Shown here: positions 1-10,211 of the stretch, piece by piece
Layout: every line of letters starts with the position of its first letter
How positions within the stretch are numbered: position 1 is the stretch's first letter
Assembly (NCBI GenBank): GCA_965215595.1
Contig: CBDCDW010000003.1
Coordinates: 401,680-465,679, forward strand
DNA length: 64,000 nt
Direction of reading: 5' to 3'
Origin: an uncultured Candidatus Binatia bacterium
GTDB taxonomy: Bacteria; Desulfobacterota; Binatia; UBA9968; CAXXLF01
Position numbers and translations under genes: made by a program
Notes under the pieces: generated by a model
Database searches by the model: none
The model's input: only the letters and a program-made list of their open reading frames with translations
Told to the model about the DNA's origin: nothing

Positions 1-8
1 TGACTCTG

Positions 9-1184
9 TTGCGCAGGGCATTGGAACCAAACGTGCAGCGCCTCGGGGACATTCCAGACTTTGATCTTGCTACAGCTTACGGTCTCTACGCACGAATACT
101 CAAGCCAGTCGTGTCAGGCTGGCAAGACTCGGAGAATCTGCTCGTGGTTACTCAGGGTATGCTTGGGCAGCTTCCCCTGGCTTTATTGCCAACCGAGCCG
201 GTGGACCAAGGACCGAAAAAAACACCTTTATTCTCCGAATATCGGACGGTTCCCTGGCTGGTGCGCAGTCATGCCATAACGATCCTTCCTTCGATAGGGT
301 CATTGAAAACCGTACGGTTGTTACTAGGTAGACAGAAGGTCCGCAAAAGATTTGTTGGTTTTGCAGATCCTTGGTTTAGCCCACAAAAAACCCCTGTGAC
401 ACCACAGAGAGAAGCAGAATCTTCTACCCAACTCGCGGCGCGCAGCGACTCTACGATTGGCCGATTTCGAATTCATGTACGCGCAGCTCCCAAAACGGAG
501 AACCTCATCAGTGCCCGATTAGCACAACTTCCCAGGCTTCCGGAGACGGCAGCAGAGGTTGAGTCTATCGCGCTCGCCCTCGGCGCCGATCCAGCGACCA
601 GTGTTTTTACTGGCCCCGCAGCGAATGAAGAAAACGTGAAGCGCATGGATCTTCTCGGAGTTAACGTCTTGGCTTTTGCTACCCATGGCCTAATACCGGG
701 GGACCTTGATGGCCTAATGCAACCGGCGCTTGCCTTGTCATCTCCTACCGTGGCGGGTATTCAGGGCGATGGTCTGCTCACGATGGGGGAGATTCTAACC
801 CTCAATCTGAGTGCTGATTGGGTTGTCTTGTCCGCATGCAATACGGCGGCGGGCGATGGTGCTGGGACCGAGATGTTGTCTGGCCTTGGGCGTGCCTTTT
901 TTTACGCCGGTGCTCGAGCGCTTTTGGCCAGCAACTGGCCAGTGGAGACGAGCTCAGCCAAGGCTCTTACAACAACACTATTCTATCTCCAGTCAGAGAA
1001 CCGAAAACTGAGCCGGGCCGAAGCGCTTCGCCAGTCAATGTTAAATCTGGTCGATGGTCCTGGCTTCAGGGGCCAACAGGGGCGGACAGTGTTCAGCTAC
1101 GCCCATCCGATATTCTGGGCACCATTTACGCTCGTTGGCGACGGGGCTGGTACTTTTGCGACGAAAGCCGCTGATGGCAGTTGA
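9..1184 (+). CDS. CHAT (caspase-like) domain protein, C-terminal part; gene probably begins upstream of the window
   Basis: Catalytic-type motifs FATHG and VVLSACNT, GLGRAFFYAGAR, and C-terminal HPIFWAPFTLVG typical of CHAT domains. Confidence 0.9.
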   Translation: MRRALEPNVQRLGDIPDFDLATAYGLYARILKPVVSGWQDSENLLVVTQGMLGQLPLALLPTEPVDQGPKKTPLFSEYRTVPWLVRSHAITILPSIGSLKTVRLLLGRQKVRKRFVGFADPWFSPQKTPVTPQREAESSTQLAARSDSTIGRFRIHVRAAPKTENLISARLAQLPRLPETAAEVESIALALGADPATSVFTGPAANEENVKRMDLLGVNVLAFATHGLIPGDLDGLMQPALALSSPTVAGIQGDGLLTMGEILTLNLSADWVVLSACNTAAGDGAGTEMLSGLGRAFFYAGARALLASNWPVETSSAKALTTTLFYLQSENRKLSRAEALRQSMLNLVDGPGFRGQQGRTVFSYAHPIFWAPFTLVGDGAGTFATKAADGS

Positions 1185-1282
1185 GCTTATTATAGTGCCT
1201 AGGTTGGTCTTGCGCGATCTGCAACGTTTTGATAATTTGAGCCAATTCGAACGTTTTTGATTGATTAAGAGGAGGACATATC

Positions 1283-1756
1283 ATGAGACCATGCCTCGCA
1301 ATTAGGGTTTCTACTCATCTCAGAAGCGTCTGTCTAGGTCTGGCTATCGTGATGAGCGTGATGGGAGGCACGGCACCTGCCTTCGCAGAACAGCGCATCA
1401 ACAAGACGTACTTCCGTGATGTGGCGATAGATGGCTATGATCCGGTTGCCTACTTCATACAAGCTAAAGCAATGAAAGGGTCGAAGAAGTTCGCCTACAA
1501 ATGGTCAGGTGCAAACTGGTACTTTGTGAGCGCTGATCATCGCGACATGTTTGCGGCCAACCCGGAGAGCTACGCACCCCAGTATGGTGGCTTCTGTGCT
1601 AATGCCGCATCATCGGGGAGACGGACAAGGGTTGACCCCGCAGCGTGGACGATATGGCAAGGTAAACTATATCTGAGCCAAACCCAGGAGGCTGCCGAAG
1701 GGTTCGCAGCCGATGCTGCCGATTATGTAAAAGAAGCGAACGCGAACTGGAAATAG
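1283..1756 (+). CDS. Secreted YHS-domain protein
   Basis: Signal peptide ending AFA; AIDGYDPVAYF and YAPQYGGFCA motifs; GAGGAGG RBS. Confidence 0.85.
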   Translation: MRPCLAIRVSTHLRSVCLGLAIVMSVMGGTAPAFAEQRINKTYFRDVAIDGYDPVAYFIQAKAMKGSKKFAYKWSGANWYFVSADHRDMFAANPESYAPQYGGFCANAASSGRRTRVDPAAWTIWQGKLYLSQTQEAAEGFAADAADYVKEANANWK

Positions 1757-1830
1757 GTATTTGTGCGTCATTGAAAACAGCTACACTTAGCCGTTACTTC
1801 ATTCATTTCGATGGCAGGAGGTCTTCACAA

Positions 1831-2787
1831 ATGGCAAAAATAGTTCTCGGGTTGGGTACCTCCCACAGTCCCCAGTTGAGTGTACGGGCAACGCGGTGGT
1901 CCTTGATGAGAGAAAAGGATGAACGCGATCCGCGCATGGATTACCAAGGACTGCTTAAACGTGCAAAGGCTGGAATCGACCAGGACCTTACGCAAAGCAA
2001 GATGCAGGAACGGGATGATGCGTGCCTTAAGGCCATCGGTGATCTGGGGCGTATGCTGGAGGATGCTCGACCTGATGTGGTAGTTATTTTCGGTGATGAC
2101 CAGAAGGAACAATTCTATGACGACAATATGCCCACGTTTGCCATCTACCATGGAAAATCGATTCCGGTGGTAAGACATTCCGGACGAAACACCTCGGACT
2201 GGAAGGCTGAGGAGATAAAGGGTTGGGCCGAAACGGAGCCGGAGTATCCCGCGTGCTCAGAGTTGGGGGAGCACTTGATCAAATCTCTGGTGGATAACGA
2301 ATTTGATGTAACCCGTTGCAATCGTTTGCGTGAAGAGATTGGTGTAGGACACGCATTCAGTTTTTTGTACCGTCGATTACTTCCAGGGAGTCACGTGCCA
2401 ATGGTTCCCGTGATGATCAATACGTATTATCCGCCCAACCAACCGACCCCCAGGCGGTGTTATTCTCTGGGGCAGACGGTGCGCCAAGCCATCGAATCCT
2501 GGGACGGCGATAGTCGAGTGGCCGTAATCGCTTCGGGAGGCTTGAGTCATACGGTCATCGACGAAGAATTGGACCAGATAACCATCAAGGCGTTAACGAA
2601 TCAGGATAAGGAAGGACTGTATCGATTACCCAGGGAAAAGTTGCGTGGGGGAACTTCCGAGATTCTCAACTGGGTTGCCCTGGCAGGAGTGATGGAACGG
2701 AGTCCCATGAAACTGATCGACTACATTCCGACGTATCGTTCACCCGCCGGGACCGGTTGTGGCATGGCTTTCGCCTATTGGGCGTAG
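1831..2787 (+). CDS. LigB-family (class III) extradiol ring-cleavage dioxygenase
   Basis: GTSHSP, GDDQ, GHAF, ASGGLSH and SEILNW motifs; start moved to the ATG at 1831 behind AGGAGG. Confidence 0.88.
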   Translation: MAKIVLGLGTSHSPQLSVRATRWSLMREKDERDPRMDYQGLLKRAKAGIDQDLTQSKMQERDDACLKAIGDLGRMLEDARPDVVVIFGDDQKEQFYDDNMPTFAIYHGKSIPVVRHSGRNTSDWKAEEIKGWAETEPEYPACSELGEHLIKSLVDNEFDVTRCNRLREEIGVGHAFSFLYRRLLPGSHVPMVPVMINTYYPPNQPTPRRCYSLGQTVRQAIESWDGDSRVAVIASGGLSHTVIDEELDQITIKALTNQDKEGLYRLPREKLRGGTSEILNWVALAGVMERSPMKLIDYIPTYRSPAGTGCGMAFAYWA

Positions 2788-2832
2788 TCCTGCCCAGCCT
2801 TTCAACCGGCGTCTCGCCACGGGGTTGCCAAG

Positions 2833-4287
2833 TTACCACCCTATGGCTTGTTTAGGCGCTTCCTTGAAGAGCTGCTGCCATTTCGCGTAAGTCTGATTTC
2901 TGAGCTCGTCGCTGGCCCGGCTGACAGCGGGAAAATCGTTAATCCATTCCCATGGACGGCAGGCAATGATCAACGCCCTGCTCGATCTCAGATCTCCCTG
3001 GTTCTTCTTTTCCGGCGGCATCATGGGGTCCAACCAGGTGGATGGGCAGTCGGTTTGGATCTCAAAAGTCGACGCAGGGTCGCTCCGAGTGGCAATAGCC
3101 CAGAGCACTTCGCCTGCGTTAGAAGGATCTATATCTTCCTCAACCACCACCATCATCCGGCACATGCTGTGCATCAAACCTGAGGCAACCCGGCCCACTT
3201 GCCTTGCGTGGCCTGAGTATTGTTGTTTCATAGATACCACTGTAATAAGGCCTCCACCCGCGTTGAGTGAGTAAACGCCTTTGACACCGGGGACCCCGGA
3301 TTTCTCCAGTCCCTCCCAGACCGCCAGGATGCTGCCTGAAGGGAGGCAAGCCCAATTTTCCACTGGTGGTTTCATGGGAGGCTCGCCGTGGAAGATGGGG
3401 TTGTTGCGATGGTACAGGGCCTTAACACGAATCACTGGCCTCATTCTTTCCCCTCCGGCGTAGTAGCCGGTGTATTCGCCGAAGGGCCCTTCAATTCTCT
3501 GCTCTTCAGTTAGGGGTGGGACCTCGCCTTCGATGATCATTTCGGCGTTAGCCGGTATGGGTAACCCGGTTATCGGAGCGGTAATAATTTCTTCGGCCTC
3601 GCCGCGGATAAATCCGGCAAGCTCGTACTCGGACCTTGCCCAGGGGGCCCCGCTGGTGGCTGACCAGAACAGATAGGGGTCGGGGGTGATGATGAGGGCG
3701 ATGGGACAGCTCTTACCCTGTGCCCAGTACTTTTTCATCATCAAGTTGCCATGATGATAGGGCGCGATCTGAAATCCCAGAGTCTGATTGTCGTGGACCA
3801 TTACCCGATATGTGCCGACATTAACCCATCCCTCCTCCGGATCCTTGGTCACCACGGCGCATCCGGTGCCGATGTAGAGGCCCCCGTCTTCTTCATGCCA
3901 TTTGGGAACTGGGAATTTTTTAAAGTCGATGTCTTTAGCTTCCAGCACATTCTCCATGACTGGGCCGGTAGAGACCGAAACGGGCTTCACCGGTTGGTAG
4001 TTCTTGAATCTATCCCTCCAGGCTTGAAACATCTCGAATGGGGAGACGTCTTCCGGCAAGCCGAGGGCTAAAGCGCCCCGTGCCGGTGTGGAGTATGGTT
4101 TGGCGGCGATTCGATAGCCTTTGGGAAAACCCTTTATTCGGTCAAAGAGCAGCATGGGTCCATGCCGTTCGGCCATCAGCTCAGTTAAGGTTCCGATTTC
4201 CAGATGGCAATCGGCTCCCTCGACATGGGTCACATCTCCGCGTCGTTCAAACTCCGTTAAAAGCGCACGAAAATCATACCAACTCAT
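2833..4287 (-). CDS. UbiD-family prFMN-dependent (de)carboxylase
   Basis: NVGTYR, EGPFGEYTGYY and EDIDP...WAIATR motifs. Confidence 0.93.
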   Translation of the reverse strand: MSWYDFRALLTEFERRGDVTHVEGADCHLEIGTLTELMAERHGPMLLFDRIKGFPKGYRIAAKPYSTPARGALALGLPEDVSPFEMFQAWRDRFKNYQPVKPVSVSTGPVMENVLEAKDIDFKKFPVPKWHEEDGGLYIGTGCAVVTKDPEEGWVNVGTYRVMVHDNQTLGFQIAPYHHGNLMMKKYWAQGKSCPIALIITPDPYLFWSATSGAPWARSEYELAGFIRGEAEEIITAPITGLPIPANAEMIIEGEVPPLTEEQRIEGPFGEYTGYYAGGERMRPVIRVKALYHRNNPIFHGEPPMKPPVENWACLPSGSILAVWEGLEKSGVPGVKGVYSLNAGGGLITVVSMKQQYSGHARQVGRVASGLMHSMCRMMVVVEEDIDPSNAGEVLWAIATRSDPASTFEIQTDCPSTWLDPMMPPEKKNQGDLRSSRALIIACRPWEWINDFPAVSRASDELRNQTYAKWQQLFKEAPKQAIGW

Positions 4288-4481
4288 CGGATACTCCTTT
4301 CACCTTTGCGACATTGTCCAGTGAACTCGACCTGCAAAGTATTGGATGGCGCGATCCCTGTCAACCCTGGCTCCCACAAGGCTAGGAGTTTTCACGGTTG
4401 TCTCTTTGCAGCTGTAGGGTCGTGGCAAAGCATCATTTCCGCGACCTGAAACTAACTCGAATGTTGGCAGCAACCCGTGGA

Positions 4482-6254
4482 TTAATTGCCTAACATTGCT
4501 CGCCTACCGATGATCCAGTAAAGGAGAACCAGTGGTGCGAGACAAAGCAGTAGAACCAGGGTAATGGATGAGGCAACTCCATAATTACCGCTGCTCCAGA
4601 TGCTCCATATCACCACGGGCATAGTAACGTTATTGGGGGTAAATAGGATCGTTGCCAGGGTAAGCTCGCGTAGCGTTAGGAGACCCATCCACAACCAACC
4701 GCTCAGGATCGCGGGCCAGACCAATGGTGCCAGCACACTACGAGCCACTTTGAGTCCGGTGGCACCGCAAACGGTGGCAGCCTCCTCAAGATCGTGGTGC
4801 ACTTGTATCAAAGCTGAGTTTAGCAGCCGGGTTCCAAAGGTTAGTCGATCAACAACATAGACAATTCCCAACAAGGTCAGCGAACCGTACAACGGTATTC
4901 CCGTTAGAATAAATAGCGCCACAAACAAAGCACCCACGCCGAAAATAATGCTTGGAACGGCATGGGGCAGAAACGCGAAGAAATCTAGAATCGTGCGGAA
5001 GCGAAAGTTAGAACGGACAACCATCCAGGAAAAACCGAAACTTATGGCCACGGCTACGGTAGGAACTGTGACCATGAGTATGGCCGTGTTCAACCCGCTT
5101 CGAGCTAGCAAGTCGAAGGGCATGTCACGAAAGTTTTGCAAGGATACACTGCTAAAGGCCTGCATGGATGGCGGCTGGAAATATTGAAGCAGCGATGCCC
5201 AGATCAACAATAATAAAGGAAGCAACTTGCTCAAGAAAAAGTACAATCCAATGAAGCACCAAACCGGCCCCGTCCAGCCCCCCAATTTGTACAGATTCGG
5301 CCGGTAGCCTTTACCTGTGACCACCTGATATTGGTAGCTCTTTTTGATAACGCCACTGTAAAAATAGGCCAACAGGATCGCTAAAGATGTCATGAGCGCA
5401 CTCATGGCGGCAACGGCGCCGTAATTGGGCAGGGCATCCTCGGTGATGCTCTGGGTGTAGACGTAGGTGCTAAAGGTAAAGATCCGGTTACTCAAGCCGA
5501 TGATGGCGGGGGTATCGAAGACTCCTATGCTGATGGTGAAGATATAAATAGCGCTGGCTGCGAGACCCGGAAGCATCAGGGGTGCAAACACGGACCGTAG
5601 CATCTGGCTGAAACTGGCCCCGTGAACCGTGGCGGCCTCCTCCAGCGCCGGGTCCATGGAGCGAAAACTTGCAGTGGTCATGATGAAGGCGAGGGCTGTG
5701 AGATTAAGGCCCTGTACCCATCCCATGCCTATCAGGTTGGTAATGCTCAGGGGTGCTGTGGTGAGTCCTGTGAAGTCCATAATCCAACGATTGATTATCC
5801 CAATTCGCGGATGCAGCAAGAAGAGCCAACCCATGGCAGTGAAAAAGCCGGGCAAAAGGATTCCGAGGCTCATTACCGTGTAGATGGAGGATTTTCCCGG
5901 AAGGTCGGTTCGTTCCACAAACCAGGCAATGGATACACCAAAAAAAAGGGCAACAAACATCGTGGTCATTGCAAACCCGAGGGTATTTACCAGAGCAGTG
6001 ACAACGAAAGGATCCGCGTACAATGTAATGTAGTTATCGATGGAAAAATGGGCCTCGGGTGTGCCAGGGAGGCCCACGATAAAACTCATCCAGAAGATGG
6101 TGACCAGCAGTACGACGATGGTGAGCACCATGGGTGCCACCACGAGCCAGAGGGGGCTAATTTCAAGGCGCCAATAGGCGCTAGAGAGGGCACTCCACCG
6201 TTCACGAAGCCGTTGTGTTCCCGCAGAAGCTTGAATGATCGCTTCGGATTTCAA
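4482..6254 (-). CDS. ABC transporter permease, fused double-module (FbpB/ThiP type)
   Basis: Many transmembrane segments and two EAA loops (LEEAATVHGA, LEEAATVCGA). Confidence 0.92.
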   Translation of the reverse strand: MKSEAIIQASAGTQRLRERWSALSSAYWRLEISPLWLVVAPMVLTIVVLLVTIFWMSFIVGLPGTPEAHFSIDNYITLYADPFVVTALVNTLGFAMTTMFVALFFGVSIAWFVERTDLPGKSSIYTVMSLGILLPGFFTAMGWLFLLHPRIGIINRWIMDFTGLTTAPLSITNLIGMGWVQGLNLTALAFIMTTASFRSMDPALEEAATVHGASFSQMLRSVFAPLMLPGLAASAIYIFTISIGVFDTPAIIGLSNRIFTFSTYVYTQSITEDALPNYGAVAAMSALMTSLAILLAYFYSGVIKKSYQYQVVTGKGYRPNLYKLGGWTGPVWCFIGLYFFLSKLLPLLLLIWASLLQYFQPPSMQAFSSVSLQNFRDMPFDLLARSGLNTAILMVTVPTVAVAISFGFSWMVVRSNFRFRTILDFFAFLPHAVPSIIFGVGALFVALFILTGIPLYGSLTLLGIVYVVDRLTFGTRLLNSALIQVHHDLEEAATVCGATGLKVARSVLAPLVWPAILSGWLWMGLLTLRELTLATILFTPNNVTMPVVIWSIWSSGNYGVASSITLVLLLCLAPLVLLYWIIGRRAMLGN

Positions 6255-6297
6255 GGCCTCATGCCCCGTCCTCTACACGGTAAAGCCCGTCTCAGCC

Positions 6298-7380
6298 TCA
6301 GCGCTTTTTTCTGAGAATTTTGGATAGCGCCCGTCCAAGCTTCCGTTGCTCGGGATGATTGGCGATGTATTGGGCATCCACTTCTAAGATGGGGATTCCC
6401 CTTGCCTTGTACTCTTTCAGCTCCGCCGCCCATTGCGAACCAGGCAACGCGTGGTGATCCGTGGCATAGTTCTTATAGACCACCTTTTGACCCTCTTTGC
6501 TCATGGCCATATTGATGAAGAGCTTGGCCAGATTCGGCGTGGCGGCATTGCGGGGAACTCCCCAGTAAAAGAAGGAAACTGTGCCCCCGTCTTGCAAGAT
6601 GACATGCCCCAGGGGGGCGCCCCTGGCCTGCTCCAATCGCACGGCATAGCTCCCGCAGCCCATGACCATCATGACGAACTCGCCACTGGTAACACGTGAA
6701 AGCTCACCGCAGCGAATCAACCCGCCGACGTTGGTCGAGAGCTTGGTGATATAGGTCTTCATCCTTTTGTCCCCCCAACCAGGAAGCAGGGCTACCCGGT
6801 CGAATTGGGCGGCATAAGGGGTGGACGCAATTTTCCCCTTCCACTTGGGATTCAGCGTATCCTCCAGTTTCCTTGGTGCCTCCGCTGGCGTGACCAATTT
6901 GGTATTATAGACGACGCCAGAGATGAATGTGGCAACTTCGACACCGATATTTTTGGGAGCCATGACCTCGTCGGTGATACGCGGGGACATATTTCTAAAG
7001 TCATATCGCTCCATTACGGATCTTTTCATGAGCGAACCATAGTGTGATTCGGTTCCTAGCAACACGTCCGTTGAGGCCCGGTTCCCGGCGGCCGCTTCCT
7101 GGGTTACTTTGCCCACCAAACGCGGCATTGACGGTCCGGGGGTAAAGTTCACCTTGATGTTGGTGCCATACATTCGGTTGAAGAGGGCCTCGAACCTTTT
7201 TGCACCCTTGCTGCCGCCCATGGATTGTGCGCCCCAAGAGACGTTGAGAGCCGTCTCACCTTTCTCCTTCGCAGCCGTCAGGAGGCGCTGGACTTCCGAG
7301 GCCGTGGAATTCCGTACCTGAATGCCCGCAGCCAGAAATGTAACAGCGATGAAAATTAGCGCAGGTTGCAGTCTAGCCAT
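6298..7380 (-). CDS. ABC substrate-binding protein (AfuA/FbpA-like)
   Basis: Signal peptide; YNTKLV, PKWKGKI and PNLAKLFIN motifs. Confidence 0.88.
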   Translation of the reverse strand: MARLQPALIFIAVTFLAAGIQVRNSTASEVQRLLTAAKEKGETALNVSWGAQSMGGSKGAKRFEALFNRMYGTNIKVNFTPGPSMPRLVGKVTQEAAAGNRASTDVLLGTESHYGSLMKRSVMERYDFRNMSPRITDEVMAPKNIGVEVATFISGVVYNTKLVTPAEAPRKLEDTLNPKWKGKIASTPYAAQFDRVALLPGWGDKRMKTYITKLSTNVGGLIRCGELSRVTSGEFVMMVMGCGSYAVRLEQARGAPLGHVILQDGGTVSFFYWGVPRNAATPNLAKLFINMAMSKEGQKVVYKNYATDHHALPGSQWAAELKEYKARGIPILEVDAQYIANHPEQRKLGRALSKILRKKR

Positions 7381-7405
7381 GTTCGGTCTCCTTTCCCTTT
7401 GGGGG

Positions 7406-7430
7406 CTTGGGGCCCTCAGATTGCCCCAAG
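7406..7430. terminator. Intergenic hairpin between tandem binding-protein genes
   Basis: CTTGGGGC ... GCCCCAAG 8-bp stem. Confidence 0.35.
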
Positions 7431-7470
7431 GACAGTTGCTAAATGAACATTGATGAGCTTATGGGTCTGG

Positions 7471-8556
7471 TCAGTTTTTCTTCCTGAGTATCTTTGAAAA
7501 TGCACGTTGAAGCTTCTTCATCTCGGGGTGATCGTAAACAAATTGGGCGTTGATTTCCATAATGCTTGCTCTTGCGGATTTTACCTTTTTTAATGCTTCG
7601 GCCGCCTGGGAGCCAGCCAGCTTGTGATGATCGGTGAAATAAGTCTTATAGATGATTCTTTGCCCCTCTTTGCTAACCACCATGTTGATGAAAAGCTTGG
7701 CTAGGTTGGGAGCAACTGCGTTCCGGGGTACTCCCAAATAGGCAAAATTAACCGTAGCGCTATCCTCGGGAATAACAAATCCTAACGGCGCACCTCTGGA
7801 CTGCTGTTTTAGTGCACCCTGGAATGGGGCCATAACGAACAAAGCAAACTCCCCGCTGCCGATGCGCTGGTCTTCGCCAACACGTAGTAAACCGCCTACG
7901 TATTTCGATAGTTCCACTCCAAAGGCTTTCATTTTTTCAATGTTCCACTCGGGTCGCATGGCGACGCGGTCAAAGTAGGCCGCATAGGGGGTTGAGGCAA
8001 TCTTGCCTTTCCATTTCGGCTTGAGGACTTCGTCCAAACTCCTTCTTGGAATTTCGTCGGGGGAGACGAGTTTGGTATTGTACACGATGCCTGGAATGGA
8101 GGTGTATACTTCAACACCGATATTTTTGGGCGCCATCAGATGCTTGGTAATCCGCGCAGACAGCTTGGTGTACGGGTAGGATTCGAGCACGTTTCGATCC
8201 ACCAGACCCGCATAGTGGTCCACCATGCCGATCAACACGTCCGTTGAGGGCTTTCGGCCAGCAGTTACTTCCTGAGTAATTTTCCCGGCCATCCGCGGCA
8301 TGGATGGGCCTGGTGTAAAGACCAACTTGATGTCAGTTCCATACATCTCGTTAAAAAGGGCCTCGAACATCTTGGCTCCTTTGGGTCCACCCAATGAAAC
8401 CTGACCCCACGAGAGATTGAGTTTCGATTCACCGTTTTTCTTTGCGGCCTCTACCAGATGTTGGCTTTCCGAGGCATGGACCATAGGTGCCTGGTTGGGT
8501 TTAACAAAGCAGAGGGTTCCGGCCACGAGGACCAAGGTTAGGAGTTTGTGAGACAT
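7471..8556 (-). CDS. ABC substrate-binding protein, tandem paralogue of 6298-7380
   Basis: Shared blocks FTPGPSMPR, STDVL, APKNIGVEV and KWKGKIASTPYAA. Confidence 0.88.
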   Translation of the reverse strand: MSHKLLTLVLVAGTLCFVKPNQAPMVHASESQHLVEAAKKNGESKLNLSWGQVSLGGPKGAKMFEALFNEMYGTDIKLVFTPGPSMPRMAGKITQEVTAGRKPSTDVLIGMVDHYAGLVDRNVLESYPYTKLSARITKHLMAPKNIGVEVYTSIPGIVYNTKLVSPDEIPRRSLDEVLKPKWKGKIASTPYAAYFDRVAMRPEWNIEKMKAFGVELSKYVGGLLRVGEDQRIGSGEFALFVMAPFQGALKQQSRGAPLGFVIPEDSATVNFAYLGVPRNAVAPNLAKLFINMVVSKEGQRIIYKTYFTDHHKLAGSQAAEALKKVKSARASIMEINAQFVYDHPEMKKLQRAFSKILRKKN

Positions 8557-8700
8557 TTACAATCTCCTTTCGGCATTCTGGATTTGGGGCGATTCAAGTT
8601 GCTTACTACACCGGTCACTGCATGTTGTCAAGGAACACACGGATTTGACTATGACTGGTATGATCTACACTTTGGGATTGTTAGTTCTGCCGCAGCCAAG

Positions 8701-10146
8701 CGTGTTAAGCCATCAAAAAATCTAACCCTAGCGGGATTCGTTGCGTCATTACAAAATCTTACCGAAGTCGTCTCGCATCTGTCGTTTCATGTCCTGTTGT
8801 TGGCGCTGTAGTTTCTTGCTGAAGGTCCAGTTTCTCCACGGCGTTTGTTTCAGCGGTGGTCTCTCTCGTGGGGCTCTGTCTGCATGGCTGGCCAGCTTGT
8901 AGATCCGCTGCAGTTGCTGATCGATTCGGGTAGAGAGCTCGAAGGGATCAGTTGTCTTAAGCGTGTGCTTGAGGGCTGCCAGCTTTTTGGGGTCTCCCTT
9001 TCGGGACTCCACGACCCGTTCGAACGGGGTACGAGGCGTGTCATAGCGGCGAATAAGTCGAGAGCCTATACGGATCTTGCATCGCAGCTTCATGGAGGGC
9101 TGGAACAGATTCTGGAAGATCCTAAGCTCATCATAGAGCTGGTTGGCGGCCTCTTGGGCCTTTGCGGTGTCGTAGCGATCCCAGCCCATAAGCTTTCTGA
9201 CATGGGTCCAGTTTTTCTGCTCGATGTGCGCGTTGTCATCTTTTTTGTAGGGACGCGAGCGGGTGAACTGAATGGTGTGGCCAGCTGGGCGTTGTTGACA
9301 GAAGGCAAGAAGGCGGTTGTTGATAAACTCACTGCCGTTGTCGGAGTCGATCCCCTTGAGGGGAAAAGGAAGCTGGTGTTCGATCTCGGTGACCGCATTC
9401 AAGACACCCAAAGCGCTCTTACCCATGACGGCCTTGCGCTCTACCCAGCAGGTAGCAATGTCGACACAGTCCAGACTATGGACAAACTCCCCAACCGCTG
9501 AGGCCCCTGAGTGTGACACCAGGTCAATCTCCAGATAGCCCGGCCGGTTCACATCCCAGTGATCGGTCTTAATCGGGATCATCTGCTTTAGTAGCGATCC
9601 GGGCCGAGTGGTGCCATAGAGTCGGCGTTTCACGATGTGCTTGGTTTCCCTCAGGCGCCGATCCATCTGACGGGCGCTGATGGCCAGGAGCTGATCCTCT
9701 AACGGTTGGGTCAGCTCGAAGTGTTGCCTTATCCAGGGCAACCAGTGTACAAGGGCGGCCTTCAGACGTTGGGAGCACAGATACCCCGAGGCCTCCCACA
9801 CCTTTGCCAAAATCCTTACCATTGCCCGATTGTATGTAGGAGAGCGAGGTGCACCCCGTTTGCGTACAGTTGCCTCGGGCAAGGGCCGGTTTAAAAGCCA
9901 GATGGCATATTTGCGGTTGTAGCCGCAAACCTTGCAGAATTCCTCTAGCATCGTTCCCTTCTGTGCCCGTGGTGCGTGCTGATAACGATCATAGATGGAT
10001 CGTAAATACTCCTGCTTGGATCGTCGTGCCATGGTGAACCCTTCCATTGTTGCCCTCCTTGAGCTCTAATGTGAGCCCTTGGAGGGTTAGAATCACAAAT
10101 GGCGCAACGTATCGCCCTTGGGTTAGATTATACATGGCGCAATACG
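8701..10146 (-). mobile_element. 1446-bp DDE (rve) insertion sequence, copy 1; family not assigned
   Basis: Nearly identical to 61733-63178; imperfect terminal IR CGTGTTAAGCCATCAAAAAATCTAACCC / GGGTTAGATTATACATGGCGCAATACG; 4-bp TSD CAAG at 8697-8700 and 10147-10150. Confidence 0.95.
8749..10047 (-). CDS. Integrase-core DDE transposase
   Basis: EIDLVSH, DSDNGSEF and SRPYKKDDNAHIEQKN motifs; N-terminal HTH-like region. Confidence 0.93.
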   Translation of the reverse strand: MEGFTMARRSKQEYLRSIYDRYQHAPRAQKGTMLEEFCKVCGYNRKYAIWLLNRPLPEATVRKRGAPRSPTYNRAMVRILAKVWEASGYLCSQRLKAALVHWLPWIRQHFELTQPLEDQLLAISARQMDRRLRETKHIVKRRLYGTTRPGSLLKQMIPIKTDHWDVNRPGYLEIDLVSHSGASAVGEFVHSLDCVDIATCWVERKAVMGKSALGVLNAVTEIEHQLPFPLKGIDSDNGSEFINNRLLAFCQQRPAGHTIQFTRSRPYKKDDNAHIEQKNWTHVRKLMGWDRYDTAKAQEAANQLYDELRIFQNLFQPSMKLRCKIRIGSRLIRRYDTPRTPFERVVESRKGDPKKLAALKHTLKTTDPFELSTRIDQQLQRIYKLASHADRAPRERPPLKQTPWRNWTFSKKLQRQQQDMKRQMRDDFGKIL

Positions 10147-10211
10147 CAAGACTATATTCCCGTTGACCATCGAATCTCTGGTTTGCTACCATCCCTCGCG
10201 GGAATGAGACC

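Noticed and set aside
9-1184. CRISPR-associated or defence caspase system
   Set aside because: Only the C-terminal CHAT region is visible, and the neighbours show no defence genes
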